From assembly GCA_963808535.1 (NCBI GenBank), contig CAWEGF010000013.1:70-64069 (forward strand): DNA of 64,000 nt. Reading direction: 5' to 3'. Source of the stretch: an uncultured Verrucomicrobiae bacterium (GTDB lineage: Bacteria; Verrucomicrobiota; Verrucomicrobiia; Chthoniobacterales; JAFAMB01). The notes below the pieces were generated by a model, which was not told the origin of the DNA, made no database searches, and saw only the letters and a program-made list of their open reading frames with translations. How positions within the stretch are numbered: position 1 is the first letter of the stretch; each line of letters begins with the position of its first letter. Below are positions 61,982-64,000 of this stretch, piece by piece. A program made the position numbers and the translations under genes.

Positions 61982-63912
61982 TCAGCTCTCAGTAATGATG
62001 GCCTTGATCCTCAGCGCAAGCTGCTCCATCGCGAACGGTTTGGCCAATACGTGCATGCCTGGTTCCAGATAGCCGCTGCCAATTGCGGCATTTTCGGCGT
62101 AACCGGTGATAAAGAGCACGCGCAAATCCGGCCGGCGTTGTCGGGCGGCATCAGCCATTTGGCGGCCGTTCACCCCGCCCGGCAGGCCAACATCGGTGAT
62201 CAGGAGATCGATGCGCACGTCCGACTGCAGTACCTTCAGGCCCGATACGCCGTCGGCGGCTTCAATTGCCGCGTAGCCCAACTCGGCCAGCACTTCGGTG
62301 ACCAACATGCGCACGGTCGGTTCATCATCGACAATCAAGACCGTCTCGCCGACCTCTGCCCGATGTGCCTCTGTGGGCACGGCGAGCGGCACTTCTTGCT
62401 CGCTCTCGCCATAGTGCCGGGGGAGATAAATGCGTACGCTAGTGCCTGTCCCCACCTCTGAGTAGATCCGCACCTGGCCGCCGGACTGTTTGGCAAAACC
62501 ATAAGTCATCGAAGCCCGAGGCCAGTCCCCTGGCCAATCGGCTTGGTGGTGAAGAATGGGTCGAAAGCATGCTCTACCACGTGGGGTGGCATGCCGGTTC
62601 CCGTGTCGGTCACGCAGATCGCGATGTACTGACCAGGCTGCATGTCGCGCTCTCGCGCGCCGCGCTCGTCCAGCCAGGTATTGGCGGTCTCGATGGTCAG
62701 GCGGCCGCCGTCGGGCATGGCGTCGCGGGCGTTGATGCACAGATTGAGGATCGCATTCTCCAGTTGGTTTGCGTCACATAAGGTCGGCCAGAGGCCCACC
62801 GCGAGCACCGTCTCCACCTTGATCTCCGGCCCGACCGTGCGCCGGACCAGATCTTCCATTCCTGTGACAGCCTATTGGGTTGATCCGCTTCGGATCGAGT
62901 GTCTGGCGGCGCGCGAAGGCGAGCAGCCGGTGGGTCAGCGCAGCCGCCCGAGTGGCCGCCCCCTGAGCCGCAGCGATGTAGCGATCGAGGTCGCCGATCC
63001 GCCCTTGCGCCACCCGCGCTCAGCAACTCCAGACTGCCACTGATCCCGGTAAGCAGGTTGTTGAAGTCGTGCGCCAGGCCGCCGGTGAGTTGGCCCACGG
63101 CTTCCATCTTTTGCGCCTGGAACAGTTGTTCACGCGATTGCTCCAGCTAACTGGGCTTCCCGCCGCTCCGTAAGGTCGCGGGTGATCTTGGCGAAGCCAA
63201 CGAGCTTGCCGTCTATCGTCAATGGCATCGATCACCACATGGCCCAGAAGCGGCTGCCGTCTTTGCGCTGCCGCCACGCCTCGGCGTCGTAACGGCCTTC
63301 TCGCGAGCCTGTTCCACGCGCCGGCCGGGACACCGGCCTCGGCTTCGTCGGAGGTAGAACCGCGAGAAATGCTCGCCGATGATTTCCTCTGCCGTATAGC
63401 CCTTGATTCGCTCCGCGCCGGCATTCCAGTTGGTCACGCGCCCGTCCGGGTTGAGCATAAAGATGGCGTAGTCGGTCACACCTTCGACCAGCAAACGAAA
63501 CCCGCCGCTCGGTTTCGAACGCGGTCAGTTCGGGCTGCCCCGCTGTTCCGTCATGTCGCGGGTGATCTTGGCGAAGCCGATCAGCCTTCCCCCTCGCGCA
63601 TGATGGCGTCGACCACCACCATCGCCCAGAAGCGGCTGCCATCCTTGCGCTGCCGCCAGCCCTCGGCGGCGAAACGCCCGGTGTCGGCGGCCACTTTCAA
63701 CGCCCGGTCTTCGGCACCCCTGGCGTTTTGATCTTCCTCTGGGTAGAACTGCGACAGGTGCAAGCCCGATCGCCTCTTCGGGGGCGTAGCCCTTGATGCG
63801 CTGGGCGCCCGGATTTCCAACTGATCACATATCCGTCGGCATTGAGCATGTAGATGGCATAATCCACCACGCTGCGGATCAGCAGCTCGTGGAGGTCGAC
63901 GGATGCAGCCAT
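61982..63912 (-). pseudogene. Hybrid sensor histidine kinase (2 PAS + HisKA + HATPase + receiver), at least 8 frame changes
   Basis: PAS blocks DYAIYMLNADGYVISW.. and DYAIFMLNPDGRVTNWNAGAERIKGYTAEEIIGEHFSRFY, each followed by WRQRKDGSRFWA. H-box [41 protein letters not shown]. Receiver VLIVDDEPTVR..LLITDVGLPG..KPF. These are spread over ORF pieces 61982-62740, 62506-62859, 62697-63107, 63020-63424, 63219-63494, 63581-63820 and 63697-63912. Confidence 0.8.
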
Positions 63913-64000
63913 TTACGGTCCTCTCGGGTCGATAACCGGGATGAGCATATGCATCGGTGCCAAACCAGCAAAATCACAGCCAAGTTTCGAAAGCGCTGTT

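Overview
The window is a 64-kb chromosomal segment. From 1 to about 61,070 it is roughly 45-55% G+C, judged from lines counted by hand. The host looks Verrucomicrobia-like. This is an inference from a perfect TGTTC-N4-GAACA LexA-type palindrome in front of imuA-imuB-dnaE2 and from many families of structured intergenic repeats.

Gene content is mostly housekeeping and metabolic:
- gabD-like dehydrogenase, an SDR, a ribose/galactose-type sugar ABC importer, HAD hydrolase, dcd and msrA
- ECF sigma/anti-sigma plus an L,D-transpeptidase, and a FliA-type sigma factor
- a fused MBL/beta-CASP nuclease + ATP-dependent DNA ligase
- a secreted VWA protein followed by an OmpR-type two-component pair
- ilvD, an MmcB-like PD-(D/E)xK nuclease, an aldo-keto reductase, a TreS-like GH13 enzyme and a class-V aminotransferase
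- uvrA translationally coupled to a large TPR protein, and an orphan NtrC-type regulator
- pyrR-pyrB-pyrC, Mrp/ApbC, a DhnA-type aldolase and a GT-C glycosyltransferase
- imuA-imuB-dnaE2, a BLUF photoreceptor, GNAT, RppH and an AsmA-like protein
- a CtaG::CcoG-like fusion with a FixH-like partner

About 20 genes are frame-broken as sequenced. The breaks are very dense at 471-7790 and 61982-63912, so this is either real decay or indel-type sequence error.

I recognised no rRNA, tRNA, CRISPR array, transposase, integrase or phage genes. At least seven families of inverted or tandem intergenic repeats (MITE/REP-like) fill nearly every long spacer.

The last ~2.9 kb, from about 61,070, is much richer in G+C (68-72% in two lines counted by hand) and carries proteobacterial-looking genes. 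That suggests horizontal transfer or a chimeric join.

I do not see a clear multi-gene novel system such as a defence island. The best leads are:
- the nuclease-ligase fusion
- the MmcB-like nuclease operon whose stop codon comes from a MITE
- the CtaG::CcoG copper/oxidase-assembly fusion
- the LexA-box/imuABC/BLUF divergent locus
- the repeat families whose arms are built from short tandem words
- the compositional break near 61.07 kb
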